This document shows, one piece after another, positions 34,703-52,886 of a stretch of DNA of 64,000 nt (the stretch's first letter is position 1; each line of letters opens with the position of its first letter). Under the pieces are notes generated by a model. That model searched no databases, was not told the origin of the DNA, and saw nothing but the letters and a program-made list of their open reading frames with translations. A program made the translations under genes and the position numbers. The stretch lies in the NCBI RefSeq assembly GCF_009914755.1, contig NC_060934.1, one strand, 5' to 3'. The stretch comes from the human T2T-CHM13v2.0 reference genome, Homo sapiens.

Positions 34703-35054
<352 letters not shown>

Positions 35055-35534
35055 TAAGTAATTTTTATGGTAGTTCAAGGACAGCTTAGCACACTCACAG
35101 CGCTATTATAAAATGTGCCATGCAAATCAAGTAACGTGCATACATACATATTATAGTGCTTAATTCTTAATTTAATTAAATTATCCAGTATGAAATAACA
35201 ATATTATAGTTTGAACTTCACTCTTATTAAGGATGAAACAAAACTAATTTTCCTAAAAGGCTTGAGGACACTCTCTGGAAGCGCACTCTTTGGAGAAAGA
35301 ATAAAAATGCAAATACATTTGTAGTTAAAACAAATGCTATTACAATGAAAAGATCTTTATTAAAAATGGACAAGTTCTACTCAACAACTCAATTATTTGA
35401 AGTAATATCCAATCTAAAAAAATTCAAAATGCAGTCAAACAATGTTGAGAAATCTCAGAAGTCCCTGTGAGCAGGTTTCCCAGTAGAAGGATGTCAGATG
35501 CAGAAGGATCCTTAGGGATGACCTAGTACATTTC

Positions 35535-35722
35535 TATTCAGTCTAACTTTCTGCAGTGATGAAAATGTTCTATATCTGTGCTGTCCAGGATGGCAGCCGG
35601 CAGCCACATGTGGCATTTGAAATGTGGCTACTGTGACTGAAGAACTGAATTTTAAATTTTATTTCATTGTAATTAATTTCTATTTAAATAGCCTACGTGG
35701 ATAGTAGCCAGTGTTTGGACTC
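35535..35722. mobile_element. hAT-Charlie MITE (MER3-like)
   Basis: ctttctgcagtgatgaaaatgttctatatctgtgctgtcca...gccacatgtggc...gactgaagaactgaattttaaatttt motif. Confidence 0.75.
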
Positions 35723-36344
35723 CACAGATGTAGTCTTTCTTGATACCCTACTCTAATGAAACAGTCACCAGGGCAACTGAAAGAAGATTCAGGGGTTTTC
35801 AGACATATGTAGATACAACTACAGATGATTAAATCTGTAGCTTTTTGTTTAGAGGTTCTAAAATACACCTAATTTTATTCAACTGCATCAGGCTACTTTT
35901 GGTAACTCCAATTCATTTTAAAAGAAGGATGAAAATGGTCAAATATTCCTCTTGAAGTAATTTTGGTTTTATAGCCCATATAAAAATGAAGGCATATGAG
36001 GACCGATGTGGTACGTAGCTATATCACATAAAACATTAAGAAGTCAGGTTCAATCTATCATCTAGGGCATTCATCCCCCTTTTGCATGCAGGGAATTAAA
36101 GAGGTAAATGGGCCCCTGAAGCGTGAACTTACAGAGCTCAGAAATCCAAGAAAGAGAACAGCCTCTCCCTTCTACTGAATTCTAGTCATTTATTGCTACT
36201 TAGTCCAAACACATATTGAACACCCACTTTGTCCAGGACATTAGATTGAGCACTGTGAAAAATAAACACCAAGACAAACAATACAAGGTGTCTGTCCTCT
36301 AGAAACTTACTACTTTTTAGGGTAAAAATGCTACACAACAACTA

Positions 36345-36935
<591 letters not shown>

Positions 36936-37199
36936 AAAAGACTATAGTAAAGGTTATGCATACTGGCCTTACCTTTTCTCTCTACCAATCACCAGTTGCA
37001 AATGATCAACTATCACCTTACACAAAATAATTCCTAAATCTCTCGGTAAGTGATTGTGGTTCAAGGCCCACATTTTTGTGTGCTGGACTACTCTCCCTGA
37101 ATATCCTGAACTCAGTTCAAGAAACATTAACTGTGCATTAGCCATGGGCTAGAAAATAGTAAGATGCCCTGGAAAAATTGGGCCTCATGAATATTCAGA

Positions 37200-38000
37200 C
37201 ATTTCGTGGCTATATGATGCCTAATGTAACAAGTACATGGAGTTGTGCACAGGTACTACTGTGAGCACACAGAGGAGTTTTTAGTAGCGGCTGAGAGGAC
37301 AAAAAAGGATACTCAGAGGAGATAAAAACTGAGCTGAGTCTTGAAGGCTGGATTAAGAAGCAGGCAAACACCATGACAGAGAACCACAAGTAATTTAGAG
37401 TCATTAGACCATCAGGTTTCAAGCAGGAAAAGTGGCATGAAATGATGCCAGAGAGGTGGGCAGAGGCAAGGTCATGGAATGCCATAAATATCACCAATAG
37501 AGTTGAAAAGAGATGAAATGCCATGGAGGTTTTAAGATCTACGCTTCAGATAGCTCACTGTGTGTAAGCAGCATGAAGGATGGATTTGAAGGGATCAACT
37601 GCACACAGGGGTCGACTAGGTGACTCTTACAATATACTAGCTGAGTCATGACGATGGTATGGAGGAGACAAGTGTAACAGAAATAGAGCCGAAACTCAAG
37701 AAGTATTTAGGAAGTAAAATTATGACATCATACTGTAAGATGAGGAAATGGTAGATGAGCAGAAAAAGGTGGCTGAGGCAGAATAGGGCAGCTAAGATGA
37801 TTAACAAGTTCTGGCTTGAGTGAATGAATAGATAAATGGTGGAATCATTCAATGACAGAATGTGGAAGAGTGGTGACAAGGCTAGTTTTAGGTACTTGTG
37901 GAATATCCAGGTGAATAAATCCAATAGTCAATTAGAAGATGGCAGAGAGAAAGAGCAAAAGAAAAAAGATTTGCATATAACCTGCATTAAGTGGTATTGA
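37200..38000 (-). mobile_element. L2 fragment
   Basis: gagctgagtcttgaagg...gccatggaggttttaag... reverse L2-like motifs. Confidence 0.6.
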
Positions 38001-38271
38001 AAGTTCTCACTATGTTAAGTGCTAGGAACATAACAAAGAACAAATCACAGCCTCATACAAGGAAGCTTATAGAAGATGACTGTAAAACATCAATTACAGA
38101 ACTTTGAGTGGTAATGATGTGTCAAGGTAGGTTCATCAATTGTAGCAAATGAACCACTCTGGTGGGGGATGTTGATAATGGGGGAGGGTGTGCATGCCTG
38201 GGAGTGGGGGATATATGAGAAATCAGTGTATTTTGCTATGAATCTAAAACTGCTCTAAAAAAAGAAAGTCT

Positions 38272-38627
<356 letters not shown>

Positions 38628-39784
38628 TCAAGCAAGCACTAACCAGGCAGCAGGGAAAGAGGGACAAGGCCAGAAAAGAAACAGTGACATATGTATCCTA
38701 AAGTATAATTGTTTTGGACATGCTGCCCTTGAGGAATGGAATAAGACGAGCTTTTCCTTTGAGATAACAAGAAAGAGAAGCATGAGGTATGTTGAAACCC
38801 TTAAAATAAAGAAACTTAAAGAATTTACCTTTTAGATGTCCTCAAATCTCTCCGAGAGGTATTAAGTAGGAGCAGACTGATAGTGGAATGTCAGTAAATG
38901 TTACAAAACAATGAAAAGGTTTGGAATCCTAGAGTAATAAGGAAATATATAAAAGATGGCAACAGGAAACAAAGGCCTAGTTAAGATTGAATAACATGAA
39001 CTCTTAGCAAGGCCTATCAGTAAGATTTGTTATTCCCTCTCTCCCTCCTTCCCTCTCTCCTCTCGCCCTTTATTTCTTCCTCCTTCCCTTCCTTCCCCAT
39101 TACAACTGTGCTCTGCAAAGTGTGCTCCATGGAATACTTGCTACAAAGGAAGTCAAAAGCTGTTACATGGAAGCTGTTTATAAATAAGTTTGAAAAAAAG
39201 AGGTTTAATTAAATAAAGCTAAGCATGTTTCTTTACTGTAAGACTCCTCAGAGCTATTCCCAGAAGGAGGATATAATACGCAGTACATTCCCCCACCTTA
39301 ACTATTAACCCTTTACTTACGAAGTGTTAATATTTGCGTAATACAACCTGGGACACAGTGGACCAGAAGAAAAGGGATGAACGCAGTGGAGACTCAAAAA
39401 ACAGAAAGCACAGTAGGAATAAGGGAGTAGAAAACTAGGAGGCTGTGGTGGGAGAAGAATTCTGAGCTCATGGCTTTAGAGAAGGAGCTGGCCCAGGGGA
39501 TAATCAGGTCCAAGCTCTGGTCATTTGTGGTCACATGGGTTAATAAAGTAGAAGGTCTCACACACAGACTGGGTTTGACTAGTAAATGGTTCATCAACAT
39601 GAATATCAACTGAACCGAAGTTGCCCAAGGCGATGCCAAGTAACAGGAGAGAGGAAAAGAGGTGTCAAAGATGGGCAGATAACAAGAATGGGAAGAGGGA
39701 ATATAACCAGATGGCAAAGGATTCAAAGGAACGAAGACTGTTGGAAGCTGGTAGGTGCTTTCCCTGAGGCTGTGATGCTGCCGC

Positions 39785-39920
39785 TTTTTTTTTTTTTTTC
39801 CCAGTAGAAACAGGGTTTCACCATGTTGGTCAGGCTGGTCTCAAACTCCTGACCTCAAGTGATCTGTCCACCTCAGCCTCCCAAAGTATTGGGATTACAG
39901 GCTTGAGCCACATGTCCAGC
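39785..39920 (-). mobile_element. Alu left-arm fragment
   Basis: Reverse left monomer only. Confidence 0.85.
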
Positions 39921-42900
39921 CATGTGGTTCTAAATGATGCCAGATCTAAGGCTATGGGCCATTAAGGCCGCCTTCTGCTAGAGGGTTTTCTTCTTCTTTC
40001 TACCTTGAATTCAAATCTTTGAACTTATTGGGCCTCCCTAGCTTTACTCAATTAGTTTTTACGATGAATCTTCCCCTTTCCCTAGCCATTTTCAATTGAC
40101 CTAATGTTTGGGTAGTATGTTTAATCTGATTCAGCTTCTTTCCTAGGTGCTATGTCAAAGACCGACTCTGACAGCATGTGCCACAGTCCATAGATAAAAA
40201 TGAGATGTCACTTAGTTACTTAAACTCCCTAAACCTTGGTTTTCCATTCTTCATTTGTAAAACAGAAATATTAATAGCATCTAACTCATGAGGTGGTTGT
40301 TAGAATTAAATCAGATAAAGCATACTGCTGACACTATAGTTGGTACATAGAAAACTCTCAGTAATAAGCACTACCACCTCCATCGCCAAAGATAACCAAA
40401 TAAGATGATCCAGCAAACACAAAGGAGATATTTACAGGGAGGATCTTGTAGAAGAGGTGAGTCTGGGATGAGACAGGCCTATGCCTGCAACAGATAGAAG
40501 TGTCCAAGAGAAGTGAGGCTGGAATAGTCTGCAACTTAAGCAGCAGGCATGGAAGAAGGAAAGGATTACAAAGGGAGACAGGAGCCAACTATCAGGAAAG
40601 AGGCTATGCATATGGTTACTTAAGGCAGTGAGCAGTTCCAACATTGCACTCCCAGTGGAAGATGCCCTTTGTTTATCTTAGAGCTAGGCTTCTCAGGACT
40701 GAGGCAGATTAGACCAAGAGCAAGACTTCAATACATATCACTTTGGAGTTCATTTGAAAATATTCCATATTTCATTATGCTGGAAATGGCCCTTGTGGCA
40801 GAAAATGTCTTTTTGTAACACTTTTCATGTAATCAAAGAGCATTTGTGGTGACAAGGCACTATGTCACTCAGCTTACTAAAAACTTCATTAACACACTAT
40901 AAAGAAAAATTATTTAGCCAGCTTAGAATCTGACAGACTCTTGTAGTAAATCATTACCTGTCATTATCATCACAATAAATCGAGGATGAGTATTTTTCTC
41001 TACTAGTACTAATAGTAAAATAAGGAGAAAGACCATTGGCTTAGTCTTTGGTAAACCACAGCACTAACAGCACCCCCTCATATAAAAGGACCAATGGACC
41101 TATTTAGTCTTTGATGAGCAAGTTTACCGCTTGTTTAGATAGGCTACACACTGAAACAATATATAAATTTGAAAAACAGATCTAACGTTCTGTTTTTATT
41201 TACTCATTATTTTTACCTTCAGATAAAAATACTACAATAGTCCTTCCAGGGTTAAATATGAAATGTTACATGTAGATAAGTGTTCAAAGCATACTCAAAA
41301 GGACTATAGAATTTATTTTTATGAGTAGGAACATAAGAAGAATAAATGCAAATTAACAGAAATTATAAATCAAGGCATCATGTTTAACTGTGTTAATAAA
41401 ATACAAACAAAACAAAACAAAACCCAAAACACTTCAGAGCTAGCTGATAGAGATATAAATCATGGGCAAGATTAAAACACAGAATTATCTTCACTCCTCT
41501 AACAGTAGATTTTTGGATAATGAAATCAACACCACAGCAACATTTAAAAGGAATAACTTCTACTGCTATTTGACCCAAATGAAGGGTTAGAGTTATAGGA
41601 CAAACTAAGTACTAGCTTAATTTCATTATTAGAATATAAGAGAAAGTCTACTGAATGAATTTTCACTTTTCAGTATCTATAACTTCTAACCTCTTTGTCC
41701 ACCACATAAATAAATACAATCCAGATAGTGTTTTGCAAACACAAAATAACAACTCTAACTTCATCAGTGATCTAGTGCATAGAGGGCTCAACTAAGACTG
41801 ATATTCCATGGTAACTCATCAAGTTTATAAAAGCAAAGTGCCTAGTTCCAATTGGAGTAATCTGTCCTTTGGGATATGCACTATTTAGAAATCATAAATC
41901 ATAAATATGAGACCATCAACATATGTCCCAATTCAAAAGCACTCATTAACCAAACCAGGGAGAGAAATTCCACATATTCCATACAAATATAAAAGTCACA
42001 ATTGATCTGTTTCAATATTTTAGTGATTCTGATTAGTTCCCTTTTGGCTCCTATAGTTCTCATGAATTAAATTGAGCTGTAAAGTAATGCAGACCTTATG
42101 ATTCCAGAGACTGTGAGTCACCAAGGGAAGAGGTCCAAAAAGGTTAAATTTCCACTGAACTCCAAATCAGAGGTTCGAAAGCTAGAGAGATAAAGACATT
42201 AGCTGTAGTCTTATGAAACATTTAAGGCTGCTTTCATTTGATTAGGAGTTTGGTACAGGCTCTTTGTGACAAATATAACAAAGATACTTGATATTTTTTA
42301 AGCTTTGAAGAAAATCCCAGAAAACAGATTATCTACGAAGAATGTTAAATCAAGCTAAGTAATAATGTGTTTATATACATTCAGAAACTTACTTCAGTGT
42401 TATCAAAAAACCAAACCAAAACAAAACAAAAAATGACCACCAAAAGGCTATCATGGAAGGAGGCCACATTCCTTCAGTTACTGAATAACGAAATCTGTTG
42501 TGATTTAAAACAGCAGTTATAACAATTTACCGCCTTAGGTCAGCTTTTCCCAAACTATTCTAAAAAGCACTAACCCTCCATGAAATGTTTATAGACAGTT
42601 TATAGGATAAAGGGGTGGGGATAGGAGGAATGAAGAGAGAAGAAAAATCCTCTAACAATATTTTTGTTCTAAAATTTTTAATACACAAAAATACTGAGTA
42701 TATTTGATACAGTTAAAATTACCATGAGATAAGCTACTCATAATAGCATGCCACACCTCAGAAAGCCAGGATGTCCACAGTATACCACATATGCATGAAT
42801 GCATTGATGCTCAAGTGATGCATAAACATACAACTATTGTGTTTTACGTTATTGAATCATAGCTGATTTGTGCTGTGATTTTTGCCTAATAATTTCAACA

Positions 42901-43187
42901 TATATTTTAACTTTTTATTATATAATAAAGGCATAAATCAAAACTTAATTTCTTCCAGCCATTACTTTGTGTATGTGAAATAACTTTTTGTAATCTATTT
43001 TAATACAAGTTTATGTTCTTTTTTCTGAGTTTCTACTGATGCTCTGTCAATACATTATCATTTTTAAAGTTTTCCATAATCACAAGTTCAAAAACTGTTA
43101 TTTTAGCTAAACACAGGTATAATAATACATGCCTCAATTTTGGAGACAATGAATTATGTTGTACCTGTTTTTAAAATTTTAAATGGC

Positions 43188-43650
43188 CTTTCTCTTTCTG
43201 CCAACTTGGAGCCTGTGGAGGCCTGCTGGGAACAGGAATACTAAAAGGAAGTATGTCTGGAAGGCTGTGGTCCAAGGCCATTTTTGCTGAGCATAAGTGG
43301 GGTCTCCAGAACCAAAGACAGCACACAGCTCTTTTTAAAATAGAAGGTGCTTATGCTCAAAATGAAACAGAATTCTGTTCGGGCATAAGATGTACTTATA
43401 TATACAAAACAAAGAACAACAAAGTGACTCCTGGTGGCAAACCAAACAAAACCAGAGTAATCTAGGGAAAGGTAACTTGGTCCCAGGGAAATAGTGGCAT
43501 GGTTCATGCCAAATTCTGAAGCAATCTTCCTGCTAAGGCCACTGGACACAGAATCTGTGTGACGCTGTACCCCTCAAGCATTTAAATTAATGAAAAGTAA
43601 ATAAATAAAAGTGGATTTGTGCTCTTGGAAAAAAAAAAAGTAAAAAAAAA
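43188..43650 (+). pseudogene. RPL35A: RPL35A processed pseudogene, full length, antisense to PARG
   Basis: Intronless CDS 43253-43585 ([11 protein letters not shown]...[14 protein letters not shown]...LYPSSI*) with stops at 43463 (TGG>TAG) and 43517 (CGA>TGA); pyrimidine 5' start; AATAAA then poly(A); TSD aaaattttaaatggc / aaaatttaaatgac. Confidence 0.96.
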
Positions 43651-44585
43651 TTTAAATGACAGAAACAGTTCTGAAGAAAAAGACAGATATAATAACATGA
43701 TCAACTTAATTTGCATCATTCAAAACTCAATATGATGTCCCATTTACCTTTTAAATTAAGTAGCACATAAATAAAAATGCAAGTTCAATACTAATAGAAT
43801 TACACACTCTTATTTACAGTGATAGAGGCTTTAAACAGTCTTTCTCTGACAAGTCATAGGACAAGAGATGATAGGAGAATGCGTAGTCGATATTTTAATA
43901 ACTACAGCGAAGACAAAAGATGCACAATTTCTAAGTTGCAATAATCTATTTTGTATGTATGATTTGAAGTAAAGACTTTATGCTATATATCTATATTTAA
44001 ATTGTGGTTTACAAAGAGAAACATATTACTAGCCTCATCACAGCAACAAAATCATTCTAAAGTCTAGGTTTTTCATTTTTTACTTTTAAATGTCCTCTCC
44101 TTCCTGTACTCCTATCTCTCACTCTCTACCTTTACCAGCCACAGATGCAAAAAACAAAAGCAAAACCAAAACCACTTCATTTTGTTATTTATGACAGCCT
44201 TCATGGAAAAACCAATGGAAGGATGAAACGAAAGGCTTATACATTTCTATCTTTTCAATTCCAGACATAAAACTCAACATGGAAAGGAAGATGAAATAGT
44301 CACTAAAATCCTTAGGCTTCCTTTCAACAATTAATCCATTTTCTTAAGAAGTTTGCTATATAAATCAATTGCAGATTTAAAGCTCTTTATAATAACATTT
44401 TATACTTATTGTGAATATTCAAAAAGTACATAAAAATATATATGTATAGTCTAATGAATAAATATAAAACAAATATCCAAGTCCAGAAATAGAAGCCAAC
44501 ATTGCAGAAACAGAAGAAACCCCCTTAAAAATACGTCCCCCATGCCCTTCAGTTACTACAGCTTTAATGTAAATTTCACAAGTTA

Positions 44586-44938
<353 letters not shown>

Positions 44939-45657
44939 GAGAAGTATTTAAAAATTCCTCCAAGATGCATTGATAGAGGACTTTTATAACATATAGAACA
45001 TTTTGTTCAACTTTCCAGTGAAAAATGCCAGGAGTAAGTATATTGATTCATTTAGAATATAAATTACAGAAGTGTTTGAATTTAATTTTGTGAAACACCA
45101 CACAGGAGGGCCATAAAACACAGATTGTGTGTTTGTAGCACTTCCAGCAGCTAGCAGTGAGGAAGACCAATATTAGCCCTGAAGTTGCAGAAAACACTAA
45201 ATAACAGCCATTTCGACTCAGTAGCACCTAAATATATAATTATAAATAACAAATTAACAGATTGGTCTCTGTGATCTTTGCTGGTTTCTGAAAAACTAAT
45301 AAAAGCTTAGGTAATACTCCTTACTTCCATTCCAGTAGAGGTGCTCACACACCAGGGTGGGCTTCTGGGCACCTTACCTCTTGTGCTAGAGACCAGAATG
45401 TAGGTAATTACAGTACCATGGATTCACAATGACTGTTGACATGAACTCCTCTCGTTGTAAGGTAGTTTGGGTTACAAAATCCTTTACTTACAGAATTAAT
45501 CAAAGGAAGGTTTTAAGGAGATAAATATCAACAGCTTCAAAATAAACGTAACTGCAAAATATTAATCTTAATACGATGTCAAATTTAATTCTTTTCCTTA
45601 ATAAAACAAGCCACTCAGAGTTCAATGTGACATTTAAGTAAAGAATTTCCAAATTCT

Positions 45658-45953
<296 letters not shown>

Positions 45954-46022
45954 TTAGAAAATAAAAATTGAAAATATTGCGAAACCCTGCTAATAAACAA
46001 TGTTTAAGAACCCTTAGTTTAA

Positions 46023-46605
<583 letters not shown>

Positions 46606-47166
46606 GAACCCTTTATAAACAAGCATTCCTAGTACAGAACATAAGACACTGAAAATGCAAACCAAATATATTTTCAACTTAAAACCAAAGCAAACAATTG
46701 TTTCCCTTGCGCTAAAAATCTTTTCTTCCACCAATCCCACCTATATAGGTATGTCTGACACTTACTTCTCACTAACCACTGCAAGCGTGGGCAATGTTGT
46801 CCCTGTGGGTCATGACTTGCTAAAGTTCTAGAATAATATCTGGAGATTTGATGGATAGAAAAATAAACAAGTGTATTAAACATCCAAGGTATTTTGTTAA
46901 GTACACTGATAATGACAGAATAGCAAACAATCACAGGGAGAACCCCCTTCAAATCTCTAGATAAGCTTTACACAAATTTCCTCAAATCTCCAACAAACAC
47001 AGGAATGGATGAGCAGACAATTTATCAATTTGATGGAATATTATTGCAACCATTAAGGCTAAACATTATAAAATTATATAACACAGAAGATTTTATAATA
47101 CAGCATAAATTTTAAACATACATTTATGTCTAGCTATAAGACATCATATATATGGGCAAAGACTTA

Positions 47167-47683
<517 letters not shown>

Positions 47684-48219
47684 TTACCCGTTTCAGGCAT
47701 GCTTCTGGGCAAGGTCACCAGATAAAGGGGAAACAAGGTCCTGTCTGAGTATTCTGATTAAGAAGAGAGAAACAAATGACTACTTCATAGCAAGGTGACA
47801 GAGGTATTGTAACCAATGGCATGTTTTACTGCCATCTCAAGGTATCAAATTATACATTACTTCTTACCCCAATTAACCATCATGTCCAATTTAAGCTCAG
47901 AAAGTTACAATACAAATGTTATGTCCTGATAACTTAAGTGACAAGGATAACGATTATATCGGTTTGATCTACTTTTCATCATATCAGATATTACATTGCT
48001 GTTACAGTGAAAGACATTTAGATTCAAGGATATCTGAGATATCCAATTTCCAGACACAAGGATAAGTCTTCCATTATTTATGCCTGCCTTGTAAAAGCCA
48101 TATGGGTCAAAAGCTCAATAAGATAATTCTGAAATTACTGGCACTATCTCGAAATGCAGAATTAGTTTGGATTCTATTAACGTGATGTAAGAGTTGCCCT
48201 TAGCACCTAGGTTTTTTGC

Positions 48220-49300
48220 AGAAAGTAACAAATTAATCCTAAAATTCAGAGTGAAATGCAAAGAATCCAAAAATAGCCAAAACAAATTTGAAAAAGACCA
48301 AAGCTACAGGACACACACTTCCTGATTTTAAAACTGACCACAAAGCTATGCAACCAAGACTGTGTGGTACTGGCACAAGGATAGACATATAGATCAGTGT
48401 CACAGAACTGAGAGGCCAGAAACAATCCTTACGTCAACTGGTTTTGAAAAGGTGCCAAGACAATTCAACACGGGATAGAAGAGTCTTTTCAACAAATGGT
48501 GCTGGGACAACTTGTTATCCACATGCAAAATAATGAAGTTGAACTCCTACCTTACACCACATATGAAAATTAACTCGAAATGGATATTCACATGGAAAAT
48601 AATAAAATTGGACTTCTAATTTACATCATATACAAAAATTAACACAAAATGGGTAATGGTCATAGTGTAAGAGCTAAAGCTATAAAATTCTTAGAAGAAA
48701 CATAAATCTTCATGATCTTAGATTAGCTTCTTAAATATGATCCCGAAAACAGAAGAAAAAAAATGATAAACTGACTTTGTCAAAATTAAAAATTTTTGAG
48801 CTTCAAAGTGTAACATCAAGAAAAAGAAAAAAAAAAAACACAAAATGGGAGAAAATATTTGCAAGTCATATATCTGGTAAGGAACCTGCATCTAAAATAT
48901 ACAAAGAATGCCTAAAATTCAATAATAAAGACAAAAAATTTGAATAGGTATTTCTCCAAAGAAGATATAGAAATGGCCAATAGACAAATGAAAAGACTCT
49001 CTCTGCTAATGGTACTATGAAAGTGATATTCTTATCCACTACTGGCAGCATAGTAAATTGCTACAATTAATCTGTGGAAAAATGATTTTATGACAAAAGT
49101 TTTTAAAAGATTTTTAAACAAATGTTTTGTGCCCTTTGACTTAGTCATCTAATTTCTGGAAATCACCTAAAGAAACAATATCAAATATGGGAAAATATAT
49201 ATACATATATAATGATGTTGCCACAATGTAACTGAAGGTAAAACTGGATGCAACCTGTATGTTTGAGAATATAAGAACCATTATATTCTCAAAATCTAAT
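48220..49300 (+). mobile_element. Old L1 ORF2 3' fragment
   Basis: cacacttcctgattttaaaac...caaagct...gtgtggtactggcacaagga...cttttcaacaaatggtgctgggacaa L1 ORF2 motifs. Confidence 0.85.
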
Positions 49301-49466
49301 CATGGACTATTATACATTCCTTGATAATGCTGATAATGGTATGAAAATATAACAGAAAATGTGTATTCTAAGAGATGAAAACAAAATTCAATATTAACTC
49401 CTAATTGTATTTACCTAAAACATACATATAAAATAACAGCAAATTTATAAAACTAAAAGATAATTA

Positions 49467-49724
<258 letters not shown>

Positions 49725-50848
49725 TCATAATGTTAGACAAGCTTCCTACTACCTCCCCCTGCTACTGATATGGACATCAGTAGCTACAGACAAACAGAAT
49801 GAATACTAATTTATTACTCACTTAAAAAAATGAGATTAGAAAGGTCAAGTAATAGGTGAAAAAACACAATTACACCCTAAAGCATGCATTCTAAATAAGG
49901 TGATATACTCCAAATAGACAAAAACTGGATCTTGAGGGGTAAAAAATAAACTTAGTTATCACAATTGTTGGTGGTCCTTGAAAGCGTCAGATTATATATA
50001 CACAGACATACACAGCAGATTTGTAGTATGAAAATTTCATGGGTCAGTTAATAGGGTTGAGGCATAAATTTTTTTGTAAAAAATAAAAAATAAAAATTTC
50101 ATGGGGATGAGGAGATTAGAAAAAAAGTATTTAAAAACTGTCTTTTTTCCTTTACTATAAAGTATTTTTATACTATATATAAATTATTATCTTCCTCCAG
50201 CAGTTCACATAAATTACACATTTATGTAGAATGAAAAGTCAAAATATTATGCCATCTACTGGTGTAGCTTTTAACTGTTTGAATAGGCAATACTATACAT
50301 CTGGTTTCCAGAGTCAGGTATGCATAAGGCAATCCACTAGATGTGCAGAAACAACTATTTATTTATAATTACCTTTTATCTCATCCTTTTAAATATCTAC
50401 TTTGGTTTTATTTTATACTGTACATACTACATTAATAAAGTAATAGATATGTAGAATTTATAAATGACTATTTATATTGGTAACACACACTCAAAATTTT
50501 TTTACTGAGGCACACAGGTCTGAAAACCACTGTTAGATTATTACTATAAATCTTCCAAATTTCGTTATCATTGAATAAGTTTTTAAAAAATTAATACTCT
50601 GTCAAAGCTTCCTGAATAGTACTTCATGCCATACTAAGTATCTAGGTTAAAAGATGAGCCAACAAAATGTGTCTTATTCACTTGGAATCAGGGGACATCC
50701 AAGTTCCTTAAGAAAAGAAAAGAGAAGAGAAGATAAAAGAAAAAGAAAAATCTTCCCTAAAATAAGATAGCCAGAAAGAGTGAAAGAGTCTTTATTTTTC
50801 ACTCACAAGTCATACATAACATTTTCCATTAAGAAATAAGAGATTTTA

Positions 50849-51488
50849 GGCTGGACGCAGTGGCTCGCGCCTGTAATCCCAGCACTTTGGGAGGTTGAGG
50901 TGGGCGGATCACAATGTCAGGAGATCCAGACCATCCTGGCCAACATGGTGAAACCATGTCTCTAATAAAAATACAAAAATTAGCTGGGTGTGGTGGCATA
51001 TGCTTGTAATCCCAGCTACTCGGGAGGCTGAGGCAGGAGACTCACTTGAACCAGGGAGTCAGATGTTGCAGTGAGCCGAGGTCGTGCCACTGCACTCCAG
51101 CCTGGGTGACAGAGCGAGACTCCGTCTCAAAAAAAAAAAAAAAAAAAGAAAAAAAGAAAAAAGAATTAAGAGATTTTGGCCTGTACGGTGGCTCACACCT
51201 GTAATCATAGCACACTCCGGGAGGCCGAGGCAGGTGAATCGCTTGAGTCCAGGAGTTCGAGACTAGCCTGGGCAACATGACAAGACCCCTAGAAAAAAAT
51301 ACAAAAATTAACCAGGCATGGTGGTGCGTGCCTGCAGTCTCAGCTACATGAGGGTGCTGAGATGGGAGGATCGCTTAAGCAAAGGAGGTTGAGGTTGCAG
51401 TGAGCCGAGATTGCACCACTGCACTCCAGCCTGGGTGACAGGGCAAGATCCTGTCTCAGAAAAAAAAAAAAAAGAAAGAAAAAAAAAA
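50849..51488 (+). mobile_element. Two tandem Alus (AluSc-like then AluJ-like)
   Basis: Two dimers separated by a repeated target site. Confidence 0.93.
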
Positions 51489-51559
51489 TTAAAAGATTTT
51501 AAGGATTTTTTTTTCCAATCACTGGTATCTAATTTCAAAACTTCATAAAGTATTAAATA

Positions 51560-51940
51560 GAAATGTGTATCAATAGGTGAAGGAATAAACAATGCATATA
51601 CTGGAGCAAACTATCAATATATTGAACAACATGGATGAATCTCAAAATTATCTTCATTTTGAGTGAATGAAGCCAGACATACCCACTATGATTCAATTCA
51701 TGCAGAATGTAAACTATAGTGAAAAAGAACAGATTAGTAGTTGTCTGGGGCCAGAGCAGAAAATGGAATGGACTGCAAAGTGGGGAGAGGAATCTTTGGG
51801 GATGATACAAACATTCTGTATCTTGATTATAATGGGAGATTCATGGGTATGTGTAAATGTCAAAACTCATCAAATGACACACTTTAAAAGGATAAACTTT
51901 CTTATCCATATGTTATTATTCCTCAAAGTTGGTAAGGAAA
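51560..51940 (+). mobile_element. Old L1 (L1ME/MD-like) 3' end
   Basis: catggatgaatctcaaa...gaagccagaca...gtcaaaactcatcaaa motifs. Confidence 0.7.
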
Positions 51941-52565
51941 AAAATTTTAAGTAGCAATTGCATTCTAATTCTTCACTGTAATTCTCTGATTATTTTAGTG
52001 TTTTATAATTAGCATTAAGCTTTAGCTTGTATTTATTTTTACTTCAGTCTTCAAGTCTCAAAAGTAGTCCACCATGAGATTGCTTGTCATTAGAAAAACT
52101 GGATACTACTCTGTACTCTTGAGTTATCAACGACTGAATAAGTTCTTTATGGTTCATAATTCACAATAAGCACAAAAAATTCTTTCTGTGCAAATTATCA
52201 CACACATTATTTATATAAGTACTACTGTGTAAATCAACTTTTGAGGACACTATTACTTTTTAAAATTCTGAATGTCTCTAATCCCTCTAAATCCAACATC
52301 AAATGGTATATGAACAGCAAAAAGATCATTATATTCAATTAGAGGGATTTAATGTTTCCCTCTTCCTCTCTCAAAGCATTCTTTCAGCAAAGGAAACAAT
52401 TACCATAAGCAGATAGAAAAATATCTCGATGGATTACTCTGTTCTATTGAATCTACCATAAGGGAAACGCAAAAAGGAAATTCAGATTAAAGCAATTACC
52501 CCTTCCTGAAATAATCATGGTGCACTAAGGAATTGCTAGAGAAGTAAGCAGACTGTGTAAGTTAA

Positions 52566-52886
<321 letters not shown>

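Noticed and set aside
45370-45500. Strong minus-strand donor GAG|gtaagg in intron 7
   Set aside because: No well-placed upstream acceptor other than one implying an 8-nt microexon
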